Positions 37,849-51,478 of a stretch of 64,000 nt of DNA are shown here, in pieces; the stretch's first letter is position 1; each line of letters starts with the position of its first letter. Source of the stretch: Felis catus (taxonomy: Eukaryota); the NCBI RefSeq assembly GCF_018350175.1, contig NC_058368.1, forward strand, positions 188,544,001-188,608,000, read 5' to 3'. A program made the position numbers and the translations under genes. The notes below the pieces were generated by a model, which ran no database searches, was not told the DNA's origin, and saw only the letters and a program-made list of their open reading frames with translations.

Positions 37849-38066
37849 GGGGCGCCTGGGTGGCGCAGTCGGTTAAGCGTCCGACTTCAGCCAGGTCACG
37901 ATCTCACGGTCCGTGGGTTCGAGCCCCGTGTCGGGCTCTGGGCTGATGGCTCGGAGCCTGGAGCCTGTTTCCGATTCTGTGTCTCCCTCTCTCTCTGCCC
38001 CTCCCCCGTTCATGCTCTGTCTCTCTCTGTCCCAAAAATAAATAAAAAACGTTGAAAAAAAAAAAA
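37849..38066 (+). mobile_element. Young SINEC_Fc-type element
   Basis: Perfect 16-bp TSD gaaaattaatcttaga (37833, 38067). Confidence 0.95.
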
Positions 38067-38908
38067 GAAAATTAATCTTAGAAATAGCATTTTTATATTA
38101 CTAGAATTGAATGGTTGACTTGGAAACTTTTTTACTCTCTTATAAAATAATACTGTTCATTGGAGATGAGTTTTGGGAAATACAGAAAATTTAAAGGTAG
38201 TAACAATTACGTACTGTAATCATACCACCCAGAGATAAACCTGTTAAAATCTGGCATTTCCTTCCAATTTTCTTGATACCTTCTAGTTTTTACCACTTTT
38301 GTGGATACGAAAAGAATGAAAATAGCAATAGTCCCGGACTCTTGGCCCCTCTTGTTGAAGCAGGACTTTTATCCTCCTTAAAATTTCATCTGGTTATTTC
38401 TCAAAGGACCCAAAGCGTTTTGCAGAAACTCCATCTTCTCACATTTCTCTCCTCAGTTCCTGTCTGGTCAGTTTTCTCTGGTACCTGGAAGGTGATGTTT
38501 TACTCTCTAACTGCCATTATCCTTGCCCAGGGTATGTCCCTGGATGTCAGTTACAAAACTGGACCTATTGGAGTAGTACTGCGTTTCTTGTAATCCTAAC
38601 AGTGGTTCAAGTTGAGCTGTGTTTTACTCCTAAAGTGAAGACATGAGTTTTCTAATTTTGTGTCACACAAGTATGTCCCTGTGTCTTGGACTCCTTCATG
38701 GGAACATGAATTAGATTCGTAGCATCTTTATTCACATAGCCAAGAAGAGGAGTCCAGTGGCCAGTACCAACACAGACGACAGAATGTATTTCCAATCCAT
38801 TACCACCAGCCCCAAACCCTGACACAGTCTGTTCCTGTGGCCTTACCCAGGACACCTCTGAATCTGAGCTCAAGTTCAAGGTAGAGACACTTCTCTATCT
38901 TTATTCCC

Positions 38909-39148
38909 TTTTTTTTTTTTTTTTTTTTTCCTGGAGAGAGAAAGAGGGCACAAGTGAGCGAGGGGCAGAGAGAGAATCCCACAAGAGGGAGAGAGAGAGA
39001 GAGAGAAGAGGGGCTCACCTGAAGCAGGGCTCATGCTCACCTGATGCAGGGCTTGAGCTCAGGTGATGTGGGACTCAAACACACAAACCTTGAGATCATG
39101 ATCTGAGCTGAAGTCAGATGCTTAATGGCTGACCCACTCAGATGCCCT
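38909..39148 (-). mobile_element. CAN-SINE variant with internally repeated gggctc/cacctga units
   Basis: SINE head, repeated internal motif and T tract; TSD-like tctttattc. Confidence 0.8.
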
Positions 39149-39494
39149 GTCTTTATTCATTGTTAAGCAAAAATTGTGTCTGTAGAGTATAATGCAGTAG
39201 TTAGAGTATAGGGTTTTCTAAGTCATCATTTTCATGTACAGATGAGTGCCTGGCCATCTAAGAGTGCTGTATTTTTTAGATAAGTGGACAGGTGATTGGG
39301 GCGTTTCAAATTCCATGTTCTTTATTTACTACTCTATAACCTCAGTGTCACCAGAAAGATAGGTCTCCGTTTTCTTACCTGTAAAATGTTGATAATATCT
39401 TACGGGGCTATCATAAAGGTTCAGTAAGGTAAGGCATGTAAAGCTCTTAGCATGATTTCTGACATACAAGTGTTCCGTGAATTTTTTCTTTTTT

Positions 39495-41290
39495 TTTTTT
39501 TTTAAAGTTTTTTTATTTTAATTCCAGTATAGTTAACATCAGTGTTATGTTAGTTTTAGGTGTACAATATAGTGATTCAACAATTCTATACAGTACTCCG
39601 TGCTCATCATAAGTGTACTCTTAATCCCCTTCACCTATTTCACATCTCCCCCCACCCACCTCCTCTCTGGTAACCATCAGTTCTCTGTAGTTAAGAGTCT
39701 GTTTCTTGGTTTGGCTCCCTCTTTTTTTCCCTTTGTTCATTTGTTTTCTTAAATTCCACATATGAATGAAATCATATGGTATTTGTCTTTCTCTGACTTA
39801 TTTCACTTAGCATTATACTCTCTAGCTCCATCCATCTTGTTGCAAATGGCAAGACCATTCTTTTTTTTATGGCTGAATAATATTCCGTTGTGTATGTATA
39901 TACCACATCTTCTTTATCCATTCATCTGTGACACTTGGGCTGCTTCCATAATTTGGCTGTTGTGAATAATGCTGCAGTAAACATAGGGGTGCATATATCC
40001 TTTCGAATTAGGGTTTTTATATTCTTTGGGTAAATACCCAGTAGTGGGATTACTGGATTGTAGGGTAGGTCTATGTTTTTTTAATGTTTGTTTATTTTTG
40101 AGAGAGAGGGAAGGAGTGCGAGTGGGGGAGGGTTAGAGAGAGAGGGATACACAGAATCTGAAGCAAGCTCCAGGCTCTGAGCTGGCAGCACAGAGTTCGG
40201 TGCAGGGCTCAAACCTACACACACGAGATCATAACCTAAGCCGAAGTCAGAAGCTTGACCCACTGAGCCACCCAGGCGCCCCAAGGTAGTTCTATTTTTA
40301 ACTTTTTTGGGGTTTTTTTGTTTGTTTGTTTGAAGAACTGATCTTTTTTTGTGTGTGTAATTTATGAAGAATTCTGTCCTAGATATCCAATTAGAATATC
40401 AACTACAGGATCTTTCAGATTCATCAGTTGGAGTAAGATCCCAGTTGCCTAAAGTTTCTGAATTATGAACTACTTTTTTTTTTTTTTTTTAATTCTCAAG
40501 TTAGTTAATATACAGTGTAGTCTTGGCTTCAGGTGTAGAACCCAGTGATTCATTTTGTACATATGACACCCAGTGCTCATCCTAAAAAGTGTCCTCCTTA
40601 ATGCCCGTCATCCATGTAACCCACCCCCGACCCCCCTACCCCCATTAACCCTCAATTTGTTCTCTGTATTTGAGTCTCTTATGATTTGCCTCCCTCTGTT
40701 TTAATCTTATTTTTCCTCCCCTTCCCCTATGTTCATCTCAGATTCCACATATGAAAGAATTTCTCAGATTCCACATATGAAAGAAACCATATGAGATCTG
40801 TCTTTCTCTGACTTATTTTGCTTAGCATATCCTCCACTTCCATCTCGTTGTTGCAGATGGCAAGATTTCATTCTTTTTCATCGCTGTGTATTATTCCATT
40901 GTATATATAAACCACATCTTTATCCATTCATCAATTGATGGAGATTTGAGCTTTTTCCATAATCTGGCTATTGTTGATAGCACTGCTATAAACATTGGAG
41001 TGCATGTGCCCCTTCGAATCAGCATTTTTGTATCCTTTGGATAAATTCCTAGTAGTGCAATTGCTGGGTCATTTTGTGAACACTTGATGTTTCTTGTGTT
41101 TTTGATTTTAGACATTCTGACAGGTGTGAAGTGATACCTCACTGTAGTTTTGATTTGCATTTCCCTTCTGGGGAGTTATGTTGAGCATCTTTCCATTTGT
41201 CTGTTGGCCATCTGGATGTCTTCTTTGGAGAAATGACTATTCATGTCTTCTGCCCATTTTTTAATTGGATTATTTGTTTTTTTGGGTGTA
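39495..41290 (-). mobile_element. Cluster of carnivore L1 3' fragments (at least two 3' ends, ~39495 and ~40474) with a SINE at 40076-40282
   Basis: Two L1 3'UTR/poly(A) ends; ORF 40891..41160 gives ORF2-like DPAIALLGIYPKDT...TPMFIA. Confidence 0.85.
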
Positions 41291-42404
41291 GTGCTTAGTG
41301 AATTTTAACTAACATTCTTGTGTCTTGTTTTTATTATGCAGCCATGTTTTATGAGCATTTTCCTGTGTGTCATTCTTTAAAAAAAGACTTTTCAAATCTG
41401 TATTATGATATAGCTATATAATGATAGCCTTTTAGGTTGATGTGATTTCTTTGATTAATCATCAAAATCCTAAAGTTGAAGGTAGAGCTATATTAGTTAT
41501 AATTCTGGGTGAGAAAACAATGATACTATCCTTTCCCTCATGCTTTTTTGGTTTCCATGTGGTTTAGTGGTGTAGTGATGAAAGTCTGTAGCTCTATTTT
41601 TATATACCGTGTTGCCATCCAGGCTTTTTTAGAGATCAGAATTCTGTTATATAAAGATAAAGGTGACTGTGACCATGTCAGGGGTAAAGGAAAGCCTTTT
41701 TCTGACCATTCTTCTGGTGGCAGTTTTAACTTTTGATTTTTAGTTTATGGGAATGTTTTTTTCTAATGTTTAGAGTTTGTTTTTATTATAAGATCAAACT
41801 TATTTAAAATGGTAAAAATAATTATAATAGAATTTTATAATAACACACATAAAATACAAAAACATTTTTTTTTTTTCCGTTTTGATCCTTATCCCAGTCC
41901 TTTGGGATTTATAGAAGAAAAAATTGAAGTGGGTGAATAGCTGGGAAGGAAGTCTCAGACTTTAATTTGAATGTAGGTTTTCTAATTGCTAGTTTAGTCC
42001 TCTTAGGGAGACAGCATGGTTAGTGGGAAGAAAATGAGTTTTAGAATCAGACTGTGTATGAACTAGTTCCCTACTTAGTAAATATATTACCTTGGCAAGT
42101 TGTTTCTTTGAACCTATAAAGAAAGATAATGCCTATCTAATGGAGTTAGTTTTGATATTAAACTAACAAATTTCAAGAAATGAAATATTTTAGTATTTCT
42201 TTTCTTAGTATAATATTTATTACATGATGCTGTCTCACAGAAGGTTAGTAAAGATGTGTTATCCTTGATTAATTATTCATAATATGTCACATTTATAAAT
42301 ATTGAGGCTTAAACATTACATTTATAAAATATTAAGGCTGAAGTTTTTAGTTTTAAAAAGCATAATTGTTCACATTTCATGTAGCAACTTTATAGCTATC
42401 CTTT

Positions 42405-43570
42405 TTTTTTTTTAAGTAACAGTTTTATTGAGATACAATTCACATACCTATTTAAGGGACACAGCTCAGTGGTTTTAGTACACTCACAGAATTTTACAGA
42501 CCATCACCACACTTTAGAACATTTTTTTTTTTTTAACGTTTATTTATTTTTGGGACAGACAGAGACAGAGCATGAACGGGGGAGGGGCAGAGAGAGAGGG
42601 AGACACAGAATCGGAAGCAGGCTCCAGGCTCTGAGCCATCAGCCCAGAGCCCGACGTGGGGCTTGAACTCACAAACCGCGAGATCATGACCTGAGCTGAA
42701 GTCGGATGCTTAACCGACTGAGCCACCCAGGCGCCCCTAGAACATTTTTATCACTCCAAAAAAAAACCCCGTACCTGTCAGCAGTTACTCACCATTTTCC
42801 ATTAATTCCCTTGCCCCCAGCCTAGGCAACTGTGAGTCTATTTTCTGTCTCTATGGATTGGCCTATTTTGGACATTTCATATAGACATATACAGTGTGTG
42901 GTACTTTGTGCCTGGCTTCTTTTAATTAGCATGTTTTCATCCATGTTGTAGCGATTGTATCAGTATTTTGTCTGTCCAAATCGTATTCTGTTGTATGAAT
43001 ATTACCACATTTTGTTTATTCATCCATCAATTGATGGACACTTGGGTTCTTTCCACGTTTTGACTGTTATGAATAGTGCTGTGAACATTATGAGTAGGCT
43101 TTGTGGACATGCTTTTTTTTTCTTGGGCATATACTTTGGGGTGGAATTGCATTTAACCTTTTGAGGAACTGCTGTACTAATTTTCTGAAGTGGCTTCAGT
43201 ATTTTACATTTCTACCAGTAGTGTGTAAGGGTTCTAGTTTCTCACATCCTTGCCAACACTTGTTGACATCTGTCATTTTTAGTATAGCCATCATAGTGAG
43301 TGTGAAGTGATTATTTCATTGTGGTCTTGATTTGTACTTCCCTGATGGCTAATGATATTGAGCATCTTTTCATGTGTTCATTAGCCATTTGTAAATCTTT
43401 TAGAAAAGTATTTATTGGGATCCTTTGTTAATCATTTAACATTATTATTATTTAACATTATTTAATCATTATTATTATTATTATTATTATTATGGAGTTG
43501 TAATACAACTCAGTTCTAGCTAGATACAACTCCTTTATACAATTATACGATTTACAGATATTTTTTGCCA
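42405..43570 (-). mobile_element. Older L1M 3' end with a SINE at 42521-42737
   Basis: ttttattgagatacaattcacatac, catccatcaattgatggacacttggg, tgagcatcttttcatgtg; SINE TSD tagaacattttt. Confidence 0.85.
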
Positions 43571-44049
43571 TTCACTCTAGTCTGGTTATATCAAGACAAA
43601 GTGTAGTATGGTTCTACAAAGGAGAATCGATACTTGGATAATTTAAATAATTAACTTGATACTTGAAAAACTGGCTATTGGATAAGTCATTTGGAAATAT
43701 TAATTTCTTAAATTGAAAATTTCATAAGCTTTTAAAAAGCTGAGTTTCTATTTTCCCTTAAGACATGTATTTAAGAAATAAGGAAGCTAATTATCCTTAA
43801 GTGAATAAAAACTTGTTTAGAGTATGTCTAGAATGGATATAGCTTTTAGTTCAGAGAAACTAAACTTTTGAAAATTCATGGCCATAGTTGGTATAGTATG
43901 AACATTTAATATTCTGTTTAAGCTTATTAGAATTTGATAAATTTCAAGTTCCTTAATTCTTAAAATTACTAAACTGTGCTTCTCATTTTGAGTGATGTAA
44001 GGAATGTATTTCCCAGTATCAATCCTACTTTAAAATTGAGACTATCCAG

Positions 44050-44960
44050 TGGATTATTATTTATCAGGTGTTAAGTTCTTTGTAGATTTTGGATACTAGC
44101 CCTTTATCCAGTATGTCATTTGCAAATATCTTTTCCCATTCCGGCGGTGTCCTCTTAGTTTTGTTGATTGTTTCGTTTGCAGTGCAGAAGCTTTTTATCT
44201 TGATGAGGTCCCAATAGTTCATTTTTGCTTTTAATTCCCTTGCCTTTGGAGATGTGCCGAGTAAGAATTTGCTGCAGCTGAAATCAAAGAGGTTGTTGCC
44301 TGCTTTCTCATCTAGGGTTTTTTTTTTTGTTTAAAAAAAATTTTTTTTTAATGTTCATTTAATTTTGAGAGAGAGCAGGAGTTGGGGAGGGGCAGAGAGA
44401 GAGGGAGGGAGACAGAATCCAAAGCAGGCTCCAGGCTCTGAGCTGTCAGCACAGAGCCCAACGCAGAGCTTCAACCCACAAACTGCAAGATCATGACCTG
44501 AGCCAAAGTCGGACGCTCAACCGACTGAGCCACCCAGCCGCCCCTCTCCTCTAGGGTTTTGATGGTTTTCTGCCTCACATTTAGGTCTTTAATTAACATT
44601 TTGAGTTTATTTTTGTGTATGGTGTAAGAAGGTGGTTTAGTTTCATTCTTCTGCATGTTGCTGTCCAGTTCTCCCAGCACCATTTGTTAAAGAGACTGTC
44701 TTTTTTCCATTGGATACTCTTTCCTGCTTTGTCAAAGATTAGTTGGCCATACATTTGTGGGTCCAATTCTGGGTTTTCTATTTTATTCCATTGGTCTATG
44801 TGTCTGTTTTACAAGAGACTATGAAATACAGAGAACAAGCTAAGGTGGGGGGAATACGGTGATGGGCATTGAGGAGGGCACTTGTTGGGATGAGTACTGC
44901 TGGGTGTTGTATGTAAGCCAATTTGACAATAAATTATATTCACACAAAAAAATAAATAAA
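44050..44960. mobile_element. 5'-inverted (twin-primed) L1 with a nested SINE (44322-44544, minus)
   Basis: ORF2 on the minus strand at 44050-44810, 3'UTR/poly(A) on the plus strand at 44811-44960; 19-bp TSD taaaattga(g/a)actatccag. Confidence 0.88.
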
Positions 44961-45314
44961 TAAAATTGAAACTATCCAGAACTACAGGGAAAAAAGAAAA
45001 ACTATAACTGACATGACCATTCCTATGAGGGGTGTGGTCTTGGTTTACATCACAATTGGTTTTTTGTAAAAGTTTTAAACTCTAATATTCTTAAATTCTT
45101 TGTTTTATTGTTAATTTATGAACTATCATATCAGTTTTGTGTATGTATAATTTAAATTAGAGCCCATGGGTTTCACAAGATTGAAAGCATACTCCTTTTC
45201 ATCCTAGTCTTGGGTATGTAAGTGTTGTTTCAAATGTAAAACTTTCCCAAGAGTTATTTATGTGTGAAATGTAGATAATTAGCTCCCCATTTCATGAAAG
45301 CTTGTCTAATTTAA

Positions 45315-45522
45315 AGTTTCTGTATTTCAGGACTGTTAGCATTTTGGGCTAGGTCTTGATTTGCTGTGGGGGCAGTCTTGTGTATTACAGAATGCTAACT
45401 TGCCTCTCTCTGCTCACTAGTTTGTAGAGCACCACTCCCCAGCAGTGCTGAAACCAAAAAGCACCCCTAATTGCCAGTGTGATCTCCTGGGGAACAAAAT
45501 TTTCCTCAGTTGAGAACCACTG
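45315..45522 (-). mobile_element. MER20-like hAT fossil
   Basis: cattttgggc...ggggaacaaaat...gttgagaaccactg. Confidence 0.7.
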
Positions 45523-46397
45523 CTATTAGAGAAAGGAATTGTTAAAATGAATTTTATCATTATATACTTAAAATTTAATTTTGACGGGAATAAAATTGAC
45601 CCATTTCAGTATTTGATATGTTTTCTTCTTTTGAACATTATCAGATCCAGACACTAAATATTTGAGTAGGGGATCAGAAAGCAGCTAAAGAGAGGGGCAG
45701 GGTGGCTGAGATGATTTAAATAATTAAGCCCTGAGTAAATGAACTATTATTATTCAATTACTGGTACATTTCTTAGGGTGTAGTAGGTACTCAGATCCAG
45801 GGGTTGGACATCTCAGTATCTGGGATCTCTTAAATTGAGCGCAGTGCCTTTTGTTTGCACATATTCCATAAGATAACTTCAAGGGCTCATAGCTTTATTC
45901 TCTGTAAAAGTAGATTAGGTTTCTTTGAATTAAACCGTTTGAAAGCTTTTAAGTGGCCAGAATGTACAGATTGTTCCTAGGTTGTTCAGGTTGCTTAAGA
46001 GAGTGTTACAAGGTCAGTTGGTGAATTGGTAAGCTTCTAGGTTTTATTGTTGTTACTTATTCTTTATAACTTGTATGCTTCTCTTTATAGCAAGTATTTT
46101 CCTAATTGCAAGCTATCCTTGAGGCCCTTTACATGGATCTTACACACTCCTCAGACCCAAAGCAATTTCAGTCACTGGAGAATAGGCTATCATAAGGAAC
46201 TAGAGAAGTAGATTTTCAAAGTGTTTAGTTTATTAGTGCTCAGGATTGATGTCAGTATTGCACAAATTGCACAAATGAAAAAAAGTTTAGGAAGGGAAAG
46301 ATTTAATTCAGTTACAAGTAGATGGCAGGGATTCTTGCTTCCTACCAACTTAATACATTTTACTGTTTAAATCTCCTAAATTGAAAAATCAAATACT

Positions 46398-46732
46398 GGG
46401 GGCGCCTGGCTGGCTCAGTTGGTGGAGTGTGCAACTCTTGAACTTAGGGTTTGTGAGTTTGAGCCCCAGGTTGTGTGTACAGATTACTTTAAAAAAAAAA
46501 TCTTTTTTTTTTTTTTAAAGTTTATTTATTTTGAGAGAGAGAGCATGTATGTGCAAGCAGGGAGGGGCAGAGAGAGAGGGAGAGAGAGAATCCCAAGCAG
46601 GCTCCATGCCAATGTGATTTCCCACGAACCATCAGACATGACCTGAGCCGAAATCAAGAGTCAGATGCTTAACCTACTGAGTCATCCAGGTGCCTCCCCA
46701 CAAAAAGTAAGTCTTAAAAAAAAACAAAAAAC
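46398..46732. mobile_element. Short CAN-SINE (+) with an antisense SINE (46502-46696) in its tail
   Basis: Two opposed SINE heads; outer TSD-like aaaaatcaaatact/aaaactatatact. Confidence 0.8.
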
Positions 46733-46772
46733 AAAACTATATACTGCTTTTGAACATTTCATCTGATTCAGT

Positions 46773-46977
46773 CTTTTTTTTTTTTTTTTTAAGTTTTTTT
46801 TTTTTTTTTAATTTATTTATTTTGAGAAACAGAGAGGCTAAGAGAGAGAATCCCAAGCAGGCTCTGCACTCTCAGCACTGAGCCTGATAGGGGGCTTGAA
46901 CTCAGGAACTGTGAGATCACGACCTGAGCTGAAACCAAGAGTCAGATGCTTAATAGATCGAGCCATGCAGGTGCCCC
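46773..46977 (-). mobile_element. CAN-SINE
   Basis: SINE body with T tract. Confidence 0.85.
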
Positions 46978-47810
46978 TGATTTAGTTGTAAAATAGTTAC
47001 TAAATTCTGTTAAAAATTAGACTTTCATGGCTATTGCATCAGAGTAATTTTTGGACTAAAATGACTCATGGAATTTTGGATAATTCCTTCTCTGGATTCT
47101 TTTTATTTGGCTTTCTATCTTGTTTATTTATATTGTGAATGACCCACTTTGTTGAGAGACTAGTAATGAAGAGTTTACATTGTCAGCATGAGATGCTGGG
47201 AAGTTGTTCATAACTTGGAGATCTTTGTTCAGATACTGATCCATGTTAAAGTTCTCTTGTATAGTTTGGGGTGCAACAATGCCCAGATTCTTCTTTCAAA
47301 AGGGACAGCTCAGTAGTGGCTCCTTGGTGAGACCAGTAGTTTAGCCCTCACCAAAGCCACTGCCCTGGCTCTGGCAAGCCAAGCTCAGTGGGACCAAAGA
47401 GGGACTACAGACTTTCTGGGCCTGGCCGTCTTTCTTGAGGTGGGGCTTATTGGTGAGTCAGCCAGACAGGAAAGATTGTGAAGGACCATCTTGAGAGACA
47501 GGAGTGGAGCAAAGGAGAAGGGGTCTGAGGTACCTCGAGAAGGTGTTAATTTCTGTGGTAGGATGATTGTTCCAGTAGCATTGAGGAGGGGTTGCAGCAT
47601 TGAGGAGAGCTGTTCTCTTAGGGTTCTAGAGGAGGGCAGCCCAGAGAGCTAGTGGTAAGAAGCTGTTCAACACTGTGGTGTTGTCTTTAAGGCCTAATGG
47701 TTGATTATTCTTTTGGAAGACAGATCTCCCTTAGTCCCCTATAATTTCACTAAATCACAAAGTCACGAAATACGGAGAGTGAAAAAGAGAAAAAAAATCA
47801 TTCTATATTA

Positions 47811-48021
47811 AAATTTTTTTTTATATTTTTATTCATTTTTGAGAGAGAGACAGACAGCGGGAGCAGGGAGGGGCAGAGAGAGGAGACACAGAATCCAAAG
47901 CAGTCTCCAGGCTCTGAGCTGTTAGCACAGAGCCCAACGTGAGGCCCTGAATTCACAAACTGTGAGATCATGACCTGAGCTGAAGTTGGACACTTAACCG
48001 ACTGAGCCACCCAGGCGCCCC
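47811..48021 (-). mobile_element. CAN-SINE
   Basis: TSD tcattctatatt. Confidence 0.9.
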
Positions 48022-48925
48022 TCATTCTATATTTTTATAGCATTTATCACAATTATAATTATTATTGTAATTGTAATTATATAATTGTAATTATTATTAT
48101 TAGTATTAATCTAGTAATTGTAGGTCTCTCTTCCTGGTTTGTAAACTTCATGCTAACAGGAATTGTTACTTTCCTGTCTACTGTAGTATTCCCAGAGGGT
48201 AGCAGTGTGCTAACAACATATTATGTATACGGTATATTTTTTGTGAGGCCAAAAAACATGGAGAATGTTGATTTTCTTACAGGTTTTGTTATGTAAAGTC
48301 AGAATTTAAGATTAGAGGCTCTAAAGAAGACAAAGAAGTGCTAAAAAAAAACTAAAATGGGCTAGGAAATAATGCAAAACAATTAACAAATGTCTTGGCA
48401 ATAAGAAATTCTAGAGTAATGGGTTTGCTGAGTTATATATAAAACATCAGTAATATGATGACAAAAGCAAACAAGGGAGAGAAAACATGTCAGGGAGACC
48501 AACTCTGTAGTTTCCACCCCCCACGTTACTAGGAAAGATTTCCTGGGCACTGAACCCTTCGGGGACACCTTTTGGCTCTTCCCCTTGGAAGGATGGAATT
48601 CCTGTAGTCACCCCATTCCCTTTTTATTGAAGTGAAATTCACATAAAATTAACCTTTAAAGTGAACAGTTCATTGGCATATAGTACATTCATAATGTATA
48701 ACCATCACCCCACGATAAAACCCAGTACATACTACGTCTTTTCCATTTTCCCTCCCCTCCCCTCCCCCTCAGCCCCTGGCAAGCATCAATCTGCTTTTTG
48801 TCTTTGTGGGTTTCCCCTCTTTTACTGGATCTGTTGGAGAAGGATATGAGATGGCCACAAAGAAATTATTTGCCTTCAGAGGTCTTGGACTCAGAGTTGG
48901 AGCTCTTTTAAATACGAATTTATTT

Positions 48926-49125
48926 GGGGGCGCCTGGGTGACTCAGACGGTTGGGCGACTGACTTAGGCTCAGGTCATGAGCTCATGGTATGTGGGTTCA
49001 AGCCCTGCATTAGGCTTTGTGCTGACAGCTCAGAGCCTGGAGCCTGCTTCAGATTCTGTGTCTCCCTCTCTCTCTACTCCTCACTCGCCTTGTGTTCTAT
49101 TAAAAATAAATAAAGACTAAATAAA
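48926..49125 (+). mobile_element. CAN-SINE
   Basis: Head ggggcgcctgggtgactcag; A-rich tail. Confidence 0.9.
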
Positions 49126-49351
49126 CTTTTTTAAAGATAAATTTTTTTCTTTAATAGCATTTTCAAAGACTTCATAAATTTTAAGTGATATTTATATGTG
49201 TATTTTATTGTAAATTTCATAATTCTCTTAATTCTTCAGTTTTCTGTCCTAAAACTTTGTAAAATGTAGTAATTTTATGTTGGTGGTTATCTAGTAAGAT
49301 AGCATTCAGATGTTTATATGTTATTTGCATGTGTAGCATTTGTACTTCTCA

Positions 49352-49554
49352 CAGGGTTTTGAGCACTGACCTCTGGACTGAGTAATCCTTTGTTATAGGG
49401 CTGTCCTGTGCACTGGAGATAGGATGTTGTGGCAGCATCTTGGCCTAGGTGCTCAGAGCACCCCCAACCCTTTTAAATTGTGACAGCTAAAAATGTCTTC
49501 AGACAGTGCAAAATGCCCCTTGGCGTCAAAATCACCCCTGGTTGGCCAGCACTG
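49352..49554 (-). mobile_element. MER20-like hAT fossil
   Basis: cagggttt...ggctgtcctgtgcac...aaaaatgtcttcagaca...caaaatcacccctggtt. Confidence 0.75.
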
Positions 49555-50749
49555 CATTAAAATCATTCGTCTTGAGAATTTCAGTAAAAAGAGACTATTA
49601 ATATATTATTTGTTAGAAGTGGTCATCATAGAGTGATAGAGGAGAATTACTAAATCTCCCATGAATTTAGGTCCATTATTGATTTTTGTAAATTGTCCCC
49701 CAAACTGCTTCTGTTCATAAAACTTATTTTGGTTTTTTGACAGTATTCTCCTTTTGGATTATGTAAGGGTCATTTCTTGTTTGGCTATGCTACACTAAAG
49801 GAATTCAACTTGATTGCCTAATAGGAAGTAATTTCATGGAAAAAGTAAATATAGCTGTGGGTTTGTTCAGAAATACTGAAACATTCAGATTCTTTTAAAT
49901 ACAGTGGATAAAGCATTCAATAATTGAAGAAAAGAATTTTTTTACACAGTTTCCTTATGATGATGTCAAAAGAACTTAACAGTCTTCTAGTATTACTGTT
50001 TTAACTTGCTGATAAATTAAATTCTCCCTTTTTGTGCTTCTTGGCTGTGCACTGAAAGTTCTGTTTTCTCAGTGTGGAAAGACTTTTTTTTTCTCTACTT
50101 ATTTCTCAGTAGTCACATGTCATTTAACATCATTTAAATTTTAAAAGGAATATTTGATGTGATTTAAAATTTGATTCAAAATAAATCTGTAGCCTGCTTT
50201 ATTATAAGTCTAATTATAGATTCTTGATAGAGTTGAAAGTGACAATTTTTAAGGATTGTCCTGTGAGCCAGTTTTCTACTTAGTTTGTGATTTTACCTAT
50301 AACTAAGAATAATTGGGGATAAAACTTTGGGGAAAGTAAGATAGGTGGGATGGTGGAAGAGAGCCAAAAGAGGGGAAATTTGATGTAATATTATTGGGTA
50401 TTATCACTTAAGTAATAGGGTTGAGGGATGGTTTCTCAAATGTTTTTTTTACTGGGAATATTATTTAACAAGGCCATGGGAAAAAAGAAAATCCCACAGA
50501 GTAGATTTTTGGCTGTCTTCTCTGCATAGTAAAATTCAGATGCAGTAAATTCTGATCCATGCGTGGAAGAAGGAAATGAAGACCATCCTTATCTAGTTTT
50601 TTATACCTAAAATTTTCCTTAATGTAGATGTGGAAAGAAGTGTTATTAACATAATATGCTTTTTATAAGAATACTGTGCTTTAGTTGCTTGTCTTTTCCA
50701 TATGTGCTTGGTATGTATCTAATATGTTATTACCATTTTATTTATTTAG

Positions 50750-50841
50750 GGACTACGTCAGGAGTGAACTGGAGTCTGCCTATGAAGGACCAATGTATTT
50801 AGAACCTCTCTCCATGAATCGGTTTACCACAGCCTTAATAG
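50750..50841 (+). CDS. RNF145: RNF145 coding exon 3 (92 nt)
   Basis: Acceptor atttAG, donor G|GTAAGT. Continues the frame: (R)DYVRSELESAYEGPMYLEPLSMNRFTTALI(G). Confidence 0.96.
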
Positions 50842-51478
50842 GTAAGTATTAGAAAAGAATTGAAAGTGTAGGTGGAGACCAACCTTACTTATTATTTTTT
50901 TACATGCTGATAATCATACGTAGCCTATAGTTGCTTGTGTTTTTTTAATGATATTTTAACGATTTAGAAGGTCAATTTTTAAATAAAGCTAATTATTATT
51001 TTATAAGATTAAAATTAAATATGTAATGTCTTTATTGTTATTGAGAGCCATCACTGTATTCAAAAATAAGTTGCCAGAAATGTCAAGAACTTGAGACCTG
51101 ATTGAAATATTTAGGTAGTAGAATGTTAAAAATAGGAGTGTTAGCTAAGACCCAAAAATAATATAGAGAGTCCCAAGTGATGTGCTAGACCCTGCCTACC
51201 ATGCCGGAATTATAGAAAAGGAAGTGAGAGAAAATCTATTTTATGACTTTTACACTCACCCATATAGAGGGTCTTGCAAAATTAAATGTTGGAGATTAAG
51301 GAGAATTTCTTTAGAGAGCTGTTTGCTCTGAAATACCTCCCCAGCCATTCACATTTGGAGAAGTCAGCAGAAGACCATTTGGAGAGTCACGTGTCTCCTG
51401 CGGTTTAGGGGGGGGATACTGTGAACTGACCCACACTTTGAAAATCTAAAGCTGCACCATCCAAAATTAGCCACATTT

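Noticed and set aside
38300..38890. Complex intronic block with 75-106 aa ORFs
   Set aside because: No recognisable protein or splice support; probably an old repeat that I cannot assign.
43425..43495. AT-rich iterated motifs here and at 48050-48120
   Set aside because: Simple low-complexity (TAT)n-type slippage with no repeat-spacer structure.
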